Below, piece by piece: positions 1-11,002 of a stretch of 64,000 bases of DNA. A program made the translations under genes and the position numbers. Source of the stretch: Raillietiella orientalis (lineage: Eukaryota); contig JAYWIR010000053.1 of assembly GCA_036172245.1 (NCBI GenBank), positions 372,001-436,000 on the forward strand, read 5' to 3'. Numbering within the stretch: the stretch's first letter is position 1; each line of letters opens with the position of its first letter. The notes beneath the pieces are model-generated. The model did not search any database. It had not been told where the DNA came from and saw nothing but the letters and a program-made list of their open reading frames with translations.

Positions 1-1780
1 TGACCGCCGTTTCGCTTGCATCGGCTAAGGAGCAGGTGCAGTGCGTAACGGGAACGGAATCGTCTCCCGCCGCGAGCGCGAAAAGTGAGCCGGCATCTAT
101 GGCCAAACAAATGAGGGGGGCGTCCGCCTCCTAGGACGGCGTCACCGACGCGGGATGGACTGGCGTCTCCAGGACGCCCAGAAAGGGGAAGAAGAAGGTT
201 GACCCTTCAATATTCCCCATCCTTAAGGTGGGTGGGAGGCAAAAGAGAAGCATGCCGAAGAAGGTGCGTACCTAGGTACGCAATACGACTGCTTGCTGTG
301 TCTCCGTCGCTTCGCGCGAGAAGGCGGCTGCGGAAGCCAAAGCTCAGGAAGCTGCGTTGGCGACAGCGACGACAACAGCGCGGGCAGGGCAAGCCTCCAC
401 CTGCCGAAACAAAAAGAGACTGGCAAAACGCCAGTCTCGCGCCAGGCACTCGGACTCCGAGGTGGAGTCCGAGTGCAACCAAATAAAGCGCGCATCCTGG
501 GGTGAGCCGGTAGCGTGCCGGGCTAAAGTGCTAAGGCACGAGCCTGTTCCCGGAGGCGGTTCCGGCTGCTGCACGGAGACCGAGGCGATGATCCTCGGCT
601 CACAGGACTCAGCTGGGCGCGATGTGGCGGCGAACCTGAGCGATTCCGCTTCCCAATCCGCTCTCCCACCCCCAGACTTCTCGCCGAACGGGGCGAGGAG
701 CACGCCGTCATGTCCGCAGCAGTGATGCGTGGACTCGCGTCCGCTCGTTGCGTCAGCGTAGCCTGTTGGAATGTCAACGGGCTAGTTGATGCTGACAAAA
801 GGCGGAAGGTAGCCAACGCTTTGCGCGCGTTCAATCTGGTGCTGCTGCAGGAGATACATAGCATCTTCGAACGGCAGGCATCGCATCTGGAAGAGCGCGC
901 GGGCGTCACGCTACACTGGCGGCAAGGCACAGCACACGTGCGGAGTCGCGTTTCTCGTCCTAGGCAGGGTGGCGGAGGCGGTGCGCAACGTTTGTTTCGT
1001 AGAGGAAGGTCGTGTGGGCCAACTTCTCCTCAAGTGGTCCGAATCGATCGACCTGGTCGTTACGAACATCAACGCGCCCAGTGGCGGCCGGCATTACGCG
1101 CAGCATCTTGCATTTCTGGGTGGCCTGCGCAGCCGCTGGCTCGCTGACTCCGGCCCTAACGTGGCGCACCTCCTTGCAGGACACTTCAACATCCACCTGC
1201 GAACAGAGGAGAGATGCCGCTTGAGGGAGAAGCAACTGGTGAGCGAGGTATGCGCGTCCGTGCGCGTACAAAACTTGCTTGCTGGTGAGCGCTGGATGGA
1301 GAGTTCGCCGGATTATGCGTTCCTCGATGAACACCTGCTCTCACGAGTAGGTCGGAAACGGCGCCTGCTGTCCGCGATTTCGCATCATCCGAGACTGGAG
1401 TTCAAGCTCCTGCCGCCTGGCAAAATTGCCTCCGATGAATGTTTGGAGGCTGCGGCCGACTGGCTTAGCAATTCGGAGGCGGCGGTGCATCTTCCCCAAC
1501 ACCTCCAGAGCTTCGCCATGCGTGTACTCGAGGACTGGGACGATCTCAAAAGATCGGTCCGCGATTTCTGTTGCCGGTTCCCCTTGCACCTGCTTCCCCA
1601 CGGCTTCGAAGAGGGTGTCGCGAACTGCAGATACTATCTGCAGGCGCGTACCTTCTCTTGATGCCCGGACGTCCGGCGTCCGGCGGAGTACAAGGCCAGA
1701 GATGAGCGCCAGGTTTGGCAGTCTGGAGCGGCTTGTCTGCTCCATGACGGTGGCCAGGAATGCTCGGCTGCAACCGAAGT
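1..1780 (+). mobile_element. Tx1/L1-like LINE fragment X: ORF1 tail (to 725) plus ORF2 APE endonuclease and linker, disrupted
   Basis: TGATG stop/start at 723-727; CWNVNGL, LLQEIH, TNINAP, AGHFN motifs; frameshift near 930 and stop at 1659-1661; ends at ECSAATE|V where the 3' terminus of B begins. Confidence 0.9.
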
Positions 1781-3946
1781 TTGTCATTCAAATGTGCCGG
1801 GGCATTTATTTTTCTAATTTTTTACAAAAATTAGATAATAGAGTCTTTAGAAAGATGTTTTCTGTGAAGAAACACTGGGTTCTCCCACCTTGCTTGACGT
1901 GTCGGTTGCCGGTGCATAGACCGGTTAGGTCCATTCCCGAGGCGCAGGGGAAGGGAAAACTAAAACAAAAACAAACAAATAGAAAGATAACGGGGAGGGA
2001 AACAGTTGTATGGGGAGAGATGGGGGGCAGGGAAGGGATCACTGGGCGCCTGGGTCGGTCCTTCGCATCCAGTTGAGGATGCAGTGAAGTTCAGTTTTTA
2101 TTCTGAAAGGTAGACGCCACCTTGTCGCCGTCTCTAAAGAGATCGTCGTCCAGTGGATGGCGTCCCTGCATCTTGGGCCTCTTCTCCTGGCGTGCCACCT
2201 TTGCACAATGCCGCGCACGCAGCAGAGGACAGCTAGAGACGCAGCGGGGCGCAGGACGTCACGCAGAAAGAGGCGACGCTAAATTTACTTAAAGTCGCCT
2301 ACTGGAAGATGGAGGATTGGGGCGATTCCACTCCAGAGTCTATCCAGGGCGACACACTCGAGAGTGAGATGCGGGAAGGTTTTTCTTTCTCCGCACTCGA
2401 CAGAGCGGGCATCCACATTCCCCAGTGTCCAGTGAGACAGGCGTGCTCTGCTTAACAGTCCCCAGTGCAGAAAAAGCAACGCCGTCTCCTGCCACTTCAA
2501 CGGAAGTGTGCCGCAATCCCAACACGCTGGGGGCAACTTCACCTCCTCCGGAGGTATCGCGAGCAGCACTCCCTAGCGCGCAAGTCCGTGAGGCGGGACG
2601 CTCGGGGTGGCAGCGTCCGTGAGCTCCCGAGTCGTCAACGCCTTTAAAGGTTTTTTCCTGCCTCGGATGAGGCAGGACACTTCCCACGATGCCTGCTCGT
2701 TAATGCTCTTAGTGTTTTTAAGGGAGGACAGAACGGGGGCAAGGGGGCTGAAAGAAGCCCACAGAAACTTCTGGGGCGTGTTGTTAATATCCTGCAGCGG
2801 CTGTCGACCGTACGGTCCTCGACGTAGCAGTTGTATTCCGCCTCGCTCGTGCCGTTGATCTTAGCCCACGCGGAAGCTGACTCCTGAAGCCAGGCAGTGC
2901 AGTTCGCGGGGAAGCAGGAGATCCAGGTATACTCCCTCATCAGGGCGACCATCTGTCGCAAATCGGGGCCACATTTGGAGAGGCTGCACTGGTAGGCCAC
3001 GAGGATGGAAGACAATCCTTCGCAGCCGGTCGCTCTTCTAGCGAGGAGCCTTGCCGGATCGTACCATGGCGTCATCCATAAGCTAGCCGCAAGGGCTAAC
3101 TTTCGACGTGTTGTTTGTAGTTGGATGCGCTCCAACGTAAGCAGGCCCAAGCCACCATCCCTGCGTGGAGCGCACAAGTCTTTCAATCGGACTCGCGAAC
3201 TCGCTGTTCTCCAAAGGGCAGTCCTCAAGTGGGCTTTGGTCCGTCTCTATATGATGGGAGAGGCGAAGCAAAAAAAAATTAAGGGGCGAAGGAGGATGGC
3301 CTCGAACGCGTTCCACACCGCGGCCCGCTCCTTCAAGTAAAACTTGCCGTTCCGGAACGGGCCGATCGCCTACTCCACCTGTTGGAGACGGTCTGACCAG
3401 GCTTCTGCAACGCAAAAGTCCCACAACGGAACGCCAAGGTACTCGAAGCACCTGCCCGTGGGGATCCCCAAGCGGATCCAGTCCGGCCGTCCGGCCCACG
3501 CCGCATTGTTTGAAAGTAGTGGTGATGTAGGAACGATTGTGGATTTCTCTCTGTTCACCTCGATGCCCGTCCCGTGGCGCAGCAACTCAAAGAAATAGTG
3601 TAGCGCCGACGTCGGAATGAACCCGGAGAGCAGGAGCAAAAGGTCGTCGGCGTAGGCCGACACGGCAGACGTGCCGGGACACGAGCTTGGCAGGGTTGCC
3701 AGTGTCTCCCTGTATGCCCTCAGCACCAGCTCGAAGTAGATGCTGAAGAGCATGGGGCTCAGACTGTCACCCTGCCTTATGCCACGCCGAACCGGCACGC
3801 CGAACACGTGCCGGCCGCTGAAATAAATATTGATGTACGCGAAGCGCCAGCAGGAGCGCAGGTAGGCCAAGAAGACGGCCGGAAATCCCAAGCGTTCCAG
3901 GAGTTCCCGAAGGAGCTCCTGGTCGACGCAGTCGAAAGCTTTACGT
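1781..3946 (-). mobile_element. LINE lineage B, 3' half (RT from RKAFD, thumb, C-terminal CCHC, 3' UTR), disrupted
   Basis: RKAFD, GIRQGDSLSP, AYADD, YLGVP, GGLGL, ECGERKTFPHLTLEC; 3' AATAAA and degenerate hairpin terminus at 1781-1810. Confidence 0.92.
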
Positions 3947-5190
3947 CGGCTAGAGCGGACGTGTTTCCTCGGTGCTCCTGTTACCGCAAACCGTCCCTAG
4001 GTGTAGGCTTCGTGTGTGGTGGTGGTCGATCAGGCAGCAATGCCTGACACGACCATCAGTGCGTGTCAGTCGGCGGTGGCAACGTCGCCTCTTGAAGGAA
4101 TGGAGTGCCAGGTGGCGGCGGAAACGTCGCCTTTAGAAAAGTTGGAGTGCCAGGGTACGGCGGCAACGTCCCCTTCAGTGGCAAAGGCGGTGAGGTCGTC
4201 CGCCCCCACAGAATGGGTCCCTGCTGCAGCGTGGGCGTGGAGCGCCGTTGTGTAGGCGCCATTGCCTGCAGCCGCGGCGCAATCATCTGCCTATGTGGAA
4301 GAGGAATATACCCCATTACTATTCTACAAGGTAGGAAATTTGTATCCTTCTGAGTGTGCGCGCGCCTTTTCGAAGGGGATGCGAGCTCTCGATGTTAAAG
4401 AGCAGGAGCTCTGCGCTATGACCATTCGTAGCGGGGGGCAGTACGTAGAGGTGATCTGCAAACATGCAGATCTGGCCCAACGTCTGCTCAAAACCCCAGT
4501 GGTAATGGGGACACGCAGGCTTTTTTTTATTTCGGCGGACCACAGTATGGTGGTCCACCTTTTAGGAGTTACCGCGCGGATGCGGAAAGAACAGTTACGC
4601 TTCGCGTTGGGAAAAGAAGGCACGGTCCATGCAGTATGGACCAACCCTAGTCCTTCCGAGGAATATACCGGAGTTCAGTGCGGACTCACGGCTGCCCGTG
4701 TAACCGTTCAGGATGGCTCTATTCTTCATCACAATCTGGTGGTCGGCGGTGAAAGCGTCGACCTGTGGAACGTGGGAAAGACAAAATACTGTGGCTTCTG
4801 CAACACGTCGGGACACCTCGAAAGGAGGTGCCCCAACGTACAGTGCCAGGTATGCGGGACAATGGGCCACACAAAAAAAGTTTTTCCGCAATCCGCTGTG
4901 CGCGTGGTTTCCGCGAGGAACAAAAAGAAACGCGCGCGGCTGCTACAGAAAAGGCTGGCGGAGAAGGCTGCCGCTCAAGCTGTGCCACCCACACCCCTGG
5001 TCCAGGCCGCAGTTGACACCACGGCAACGAATTCCGAAGAGATCGACAAAAGCGTTCAGGTGTCGGAATCGCAAGAAGCCACAGCGAAAAAGAAAAAGTC
5101 GAAGAAAGAACGACGAATTGAAAAAAAGCTCGCCTAGAAAAATAAAAAACAGAAGGATAGCGACAATTTAAAAGAATGCAGCGTCGTCGT
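3947..5190 (+). mobile_element. LINE lineage A, 5' end plus ORF1 (zinc knuckles), truncated
   Basis: 5' motif GCGGACGTGTTT at 3955-3966; CGFCNTSGHLERRC and CQVCGTMGH; internal stops at 4253 and 5135; homologous to 18906-20306. Confidence 0.9.
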
Positions 5191-7633
5191 TTATTACCCG
5201 GCTGCGCCGGGACGTTTATTATGATATCAACTGGGAACTGTGTTCCCAGGCAAGGGGAACAGAAAATGGGAAGTACATTTCCCGGAACGCAGTCCGGGCA
5301 CACTGAGAGCTCGGAACGGGAGGGGGTTAGACATGAAATCAATGAATTGGTTGGGAGGGCGGGGACAAAGCTATACAGTCTAACCTTTCCTATTCTCAGA
5401 GCCGGCGGTTAATGCCGCCGATCTCCATCCTCAGTTCTGTTCCAAGATGTGGCCACCCGTCAGCCATTTGCAGGTTGCAGGCTGCGGTGTAGGGGCCGAT
5501 GTTGGGACTCCTCGCATCTGTAATACGTGGCGGGCCCACACAATGGCGCACACGCAGCAGATGATTGCTACGACCGCTCCAAGAGAAAGTCCGCCACGCG
5601 TGTAGAAGCGGCGCATCCAATCCAGTGAGGTGTGTCCAGGGTGCAGGAGCGCTGAAGACAGCCGCTGCCACAGCTCCTGGAGGGCTCCGCACTCAAACAG
5701 CAAATGCGGAAGCGATTCCATCGCTCCGCATTTGGCACAGTTCGGGGACGCAACTCTCCCTGAAATCAGGTTCGCCCGCTGGTTGCAGTACAAACCCCAA
5801 TGCACCATCAGAGAAGCGTCCTGCGTCCGCCGAAGGGGGAAGAGAGTCGCGTCCAAACACGCAGAAGGGACCACAAGTTCATCGATGGGCACCCCGAGGA
5901 GCTCACTCCACCGGAGAAGCCCCTTTGCAAGAATGAGAGGTGTGGCAGCGTCTGCCACTTCGCAAGTCTGCCAGCCGCCCAGCAGTCGGGTTTCGCCTGC
6001 GATTTCGCAAGTGATCTCCCACCTCGCCGGCAGGTCACTGTCATCTGGCACCATCAGTGCACACAGTGCTTCGGCGAGTGTCGTAGCGGCTAGGTGTGTC
6101 CACTGGTCCTGGTCTTCCAGCACCTCCCCCATTTTACAGTATGGGGAAAGTTTCACGCAACGGAGTTCAAAACGCGACAAATCCTGTTGCGCTGCCCAGG
6201 ACGATAAGGCTTCCTGCCTCCAGGCGTTGAAGTTCGTCGGCCTGCAGAATATCCACTCATGCTTTCCCAGAAGCGTAGCGAGCTGCTTTGAAGGGAAGCC
6301 GAATCCTCTCTGGGCGCGCTCCGTGCGCAGATGCAACGAACGTAGTCCGTCGCCACCCGTCCTGCGCCGCAGCAGCAGCCGCGCTGTAGCACACCATGGA
6401 GAAGTCCAGAGCTGCGCACAAAGTGCCAGCATGCGGAACTGCACTAGCAGTCCGATCCGCTCCTGCGTCAGGATGCCCAATCCTGCGTCCCGTCGAGGAG
6501 CCGCCAAGTCCTTCAGGCGTATCCTGGACCTCGCCGGTCCCCACAGGGCGTCACGCAACAGGCGTAGCGCCCGGCGCTTAGCCGAGTAGGGAGGGGGACA
6601 AACAAAGAAGAGGGGACGGAGGAGGGGGCAAAAAAAATGTTCCACACGAAGGCCCGTTCCGATGGGGGAAACCTGCCGCCCTGGAGCGGGCCCAGAGCAG
6701 TCTTGGCCTTGTGAAGGCAGTGCGACCACGCTTCTCTTGGACAGAAGGCGACCAAGAAAACGCCGAGGTACTTCAAGCGCCTGCCCGTGGGGATCTTCAG
6801 GCCAATCCAGTCGGACTGCCGCTCCCACGAAAAGCCAACCGGTACAACGGTTGATTGCGTCCTGTTGATGCTCAGGCCCGCTCCCCGACGAATGAGCTCG
6901 AAGAACTTTTCGAACCTCGACGCCGGGGTGGACATGGGCAGCAGCAAGAGAAGTTCGTAAGCATAGGCGGCCACGGCCGGTGTTCCCGGGCAGGAGCTCG
7001 GCAGGTTGGCCAGCGTCAGCCTGTACGCCCTCAGCACCAACTCAAAGAAGATGCTGAAGAGCAGGGGGCTTAAGCTGTCTCCCTGCCTGATACCCCGCCG
7101 TATGGGAATGCCGTACACGTGGCGCTTGCTGAAATAGATACTGCATAACGCGTGGCGCCAGCAGGAGCGCAAGTAGGCTATAAGGTGCGTCGGGAGGCCT
7201 AGGCGTCCCAGAAGCTCCAGAAGGAGGTGCTAGTTTACTCTGTCGAACGCTTTGCAGAGATCGACGGCGACCGCTAAGGCTCCCGGCGTTCCATCGTGCT
7301 TTGAACACCGCCGCTTACCTTTGGCAGCGGCGATTTCGGCTGCCTGGCTCTGCTGCGCCACGCGCTGCTGCAACTCGAACCATATTCGCGCGAAGAAGAG
7401 ATTCGCGTCCATGGACCGACCCGGAACAGCATACGTCTGCTCCGGACTTACCAAGGACTCTGCGATTCTCCCCAGGCGCGCGACCCATAGCCTGGAGAAC
7501 AACTTTACGTCCGAATTTACCAATGTGATCGGACGCCAGTTGCTGAGGTGGCGCAAATCATTGTCTTTCGGCAGGAGCCGCACCTTTGCTGAGCGGAAAG
7601 AAGCGGGAACATCTCATGTCTCACGCATCAGCG
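5191..7633 (-). mobile_element. LINE lineage C, 3' part (RT plus C-terminal domain plus 3' UTR), disrupted
   Basis: NWRPITL, EQTYAVPGRS, VDLCKAFD, RQGDSLSP, mutated YAYE, CAKCGAMESLPHLLFEC; hairpin terminus at 5191-5220. Confidence 0.92.
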
Positions 7634-8745
7634 ACGGTCGCGTACGGACGTGCTTTTGCGTCGCTCCGTTGTAGATTGCTCTTGTGTGTTTTTGTTCTGC
7701 TGTGCTTCTGTGCTGCAATGGGAGCAAAGAAGAACATCAGCCGCAAGAAGGGAACGCCACCTGCTCCTGAGATGCCTGCTTCGGCTGCTAGCAAGGAGCC
7801 TCTGTCCTCGCCGACGGCGAGGACATTCGCCCAGGTCGCTGCTCTCGCGGCTACGATGGGACCTTCGCCCGACAGCCCTGAGCTTCAGGCGTATGTAGCA
7901 AATGGCTACACGCTTGCACTCAGGTGTAAGGTAAGTGTCCTTATGCCTGAGCGGGTTGGGCGCGAGTTTGGCCAGGAACTCCAACGGATTGGAGTTCAAA
8001 AAGGCCAACTGGAGTCCATCATTCCCATGAGTGGGTGCGGCTAATGAAAGGTGTCCAGTAAGGACGCTCTTCTTACGCAGCGTTTGCTACACACGCCGTT
8101 GCTCATTCGTGGGCAGGAAATACTCACTGTCACAACGGACCAGTCGTTCGTTGTCCGGCTCAGTGGAGTGTGTAAGGGCCTTTCGGACCGCCAGGTCGTG
8201 GAGGCCCTTGAAAAATTCGCTACCGTCCACGCGCATTGGAGGCTGCCAAACCCTGCTGAAGGGTTCGAAGACCACCACAGCGGGCTCGCGCAAGTGCGAG
8301 TGACGATGACGGATCGCCGTGCAATGCACACGCGACCGCAGGTGGATGGAATGACCGTCCGCCTGTGGTTTTCCGGGCAAACGCGTGTATGCGCGGAATG
8401 CGGACAGGAGAGTCATCGCATTACGAAGTGTTTCTCGGCCGCTTGCCGTTACTGCCAGGAGCACGGGCACACTAAAGTAACGTGCCCGGAGCTCCTTTTA
8501 AAAAACGAAAAGCGCAGGAACGAATCGCGTTCCGCATCGCGGAATAATCGCCGCGAATCAAGAGAAAGAAACATCAAAGCTTCGAAAAGCGTTGCGAAAA
8601 CCGCGACCACGGACGTGCAGAAAACTGTTTCTCCCCTCCACAAAGAAGGGGTGAAAAACAAAAAAACTCGTCGCGGCGAAGCCTCCGGCTATCGAACCGA
8701 AGGAAGCTCGCGAAGAATGCGACCGACTCGCGGGTTCTCCCGTTG
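7634..8745 (+). mobile_element. LINE lineage D, 5' end plus ORF1 (ATG 7718, one internal stop at 8042), truncated
   Basis: GTACGGACGTG at 7642-7652; CAECGQESHRITKC and CRYCQEHGHTKVTC; homologous to F ORF1. Confidence 0.88.
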
Positions 8746-10689
8746 CCCCAAAGGGCGACACGGAGGAGGTCCTTCGTTCGCTTGTTGACCCTCTCTGTGG
8801 GGGGGCAAACAAAAAGCAGGGAACGGAGGAGAGGAGTAGCGAACATGTTCCAAACCGCGGCCGTTCAGGCAAGAAAAACCTGCCGCCTCGGAACGGGCCG
8901 ATAGCCGTCTCTACTTTTTGAAAGCAGCCGGACCACGCTTCCGCAGGGGAGTAGTCCCCCAACGGCACACCAAGGTACTTGAAGTACCTCACCGTGGGGA
9001 TCCCGAAAGGGACCCAGTCCTGCTGCCCTGCCCACGCCGCATCAACTGGCATCACGGACGACTTCGCCCTGTTCACCGTAAGCCCGGTTCCTCGATTCAG
9101 CAGGTCGAAGAACTTCTCGACCGCCGAAGCCGGGGTGGACATAGGGAGCAGTAGCAGGAGGTCGTCCGCATATGCTGAAACCGCAGGCGTTCCGGCGCAT
9201 TCATGGGGCAGGTGCGCCAGAGTTTCCCTGTACGCTTTCAGTACCAACTCAAAGAAGGTACTGAAGAGCAAGGGGCTCAGGCTGTTTCCTTGCCAGATCC
9301 CAGGTCGCACCGGCACGCCGTGAACATTATGCCCGCTGAAAGTAACATTGGTTAGCGCATCGCGCCAGCTAGAGCGCAGATAGGCAAATAATGAGGCCGG
9401 GAAGCCCAAGCGTTCCAAATGCTCCAGCAGGAGATTCTGGTCGATGCTGTCGAATGCTTTACGCAAGTCGACAGCGACCGCAAGTGCTCTCTCCCCCATC
9501 CGACCATTCGTCGCATGACTGACGGACTCACCGGAACTCCCGGTGCGCATCAAGCCCCTTTCGTGTTGGAGCTCTAGCCAGGTGGATGCGTGGAACAGGT
9601 TCGCCTCCATGCTTCGCCCCGGAACAGCATATGTCTGCTCCGGGCTAATTATGGATTCTGCCACCTGCCTTAGACGCGAAGCCCATAGCCCGGCAACCAA
9701 CTTGGCGTGCGTATTCACAATCGTGATCGGACGCCAGTTGTTCAAATTCCTAAGGTCTCCCCCTTTCGGAAAGAGCCTCACTCTGGCTGACCGAAACGAG
9801 GCGGGAACATCGCCTTCGTCTCGGATCAGCCTTGTCAGCTGAAGCAGCAGGGGTTCCAGCTCTTCCGCGAAGCTCTGATAGAACTCGGCGGGCAAGCCGT
9901 CTTCCCCTGGAGCTTTCCGCAGCTTGAGCCTTTTGATACCGGCGAGAATTTCGCCGGTGGTAAACGGCTCATCGAGGCTTAACGACTCCTCCTCTCCTAT
10001 TGCCGCAGCACCATCCGGAAGCAAGAGCCGAGAGGCACCTTGATCCGGGGGCGCCCTGGCGTAAAGGGAGGAGTAATAGCTCCGCACGAGATGCCGTACC
10101 GACGCCGGGGACAAACATTCCCGGCCCTGGTCGTCCAGCAAGCTGGCCGACCCGGATTGCCAGGCTTGGCATTCGGCCCCGGCGCGGTACTCGGCCAGGC
10201 GATGGACATTAGGGGTTCGCTCGTACCTACGGGCCTGTAAATAGGCCCGATGGTTGCGAGGAATCTCGCCGAAACCGGAGGGCAGGCGGTCCGGGGGGAA
10301 CTGCTCGCAGAACTCCCGGACCGATTCCTTAAAAATGACCCAATCCTGAAGATTGCGGAGCATGACGCCTCTCAGGTATTTGCGAAGGTGTTCCTTCGCA
10401 CCTGAGAGTCGCGTCCAGTCTCCGGGTAGACGCCAGTCCCTGGATCGCGGTCCTTTGTCGCGAGGCCGCAGCTCGCAAATTAACCGGGAATGGTCCGACA
10501 ACGTTGACGCAACCCTCCCCCGTTTGCCGACCCGTGAACACAGGTCAGCGTCGTGGAAGACGTGGTCGATGCTGCGGACCATTCCCCTCTCACCCGCGAA
10601 CAAGTTGCGCGCACGCATGGCGGCGCACAACTCGTTCATCGCGTTCACTTGTGTTTCCGGCTCACCTGTTAGCAGGCGGAGATTGAAAT
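8746..10689 (-). mobile_element. LINE lineage E, ORF2 middle part (second half of endonuclease plus RT); continuation of 16596-18905
   Basis: FNLRLL, SIDH, SDH, KAPGEDG, NWRPIT, VDLRKAFD, AYADD, YLGVP; frame joins GDFN at 16596-16610 once F is removed; 3' end absent. Confidence 0.93.
10681..10689. repeat. Target-site duplication of F (GATTGAAAT), partner at 16596-16604
   Basis: Identical 9-mers abut both element termini. Confidence 0.93.
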
Positions 10690-11002
10690 TTATCACCCGG
10701 TCACGCCGGGGCGTTTATTAATAATAATAAACTGGTCAGGGACAATGTCCCCAACCAAGAGAACGACAGAGAACATAGAAAAATTACCGGCACGCAGGCC
10801 TGGTAAACAAACCGCTCGCAGCGTGGGGGGAATGAGGGGAAACAAACAAAAATCAAAAACTGGAGGGAAGGGAAAAGGGTTTTTGGTTAGGCTCCGTACT
10901 CACGGGGATTTATACGATGAGCACCTAAAATGTTCCGGAGCCTATGGGGACGCGGGTGTAAAAAGAAAATACAAATTTAGTTTATGGAGGGTAGGGCAAT
11001 GA

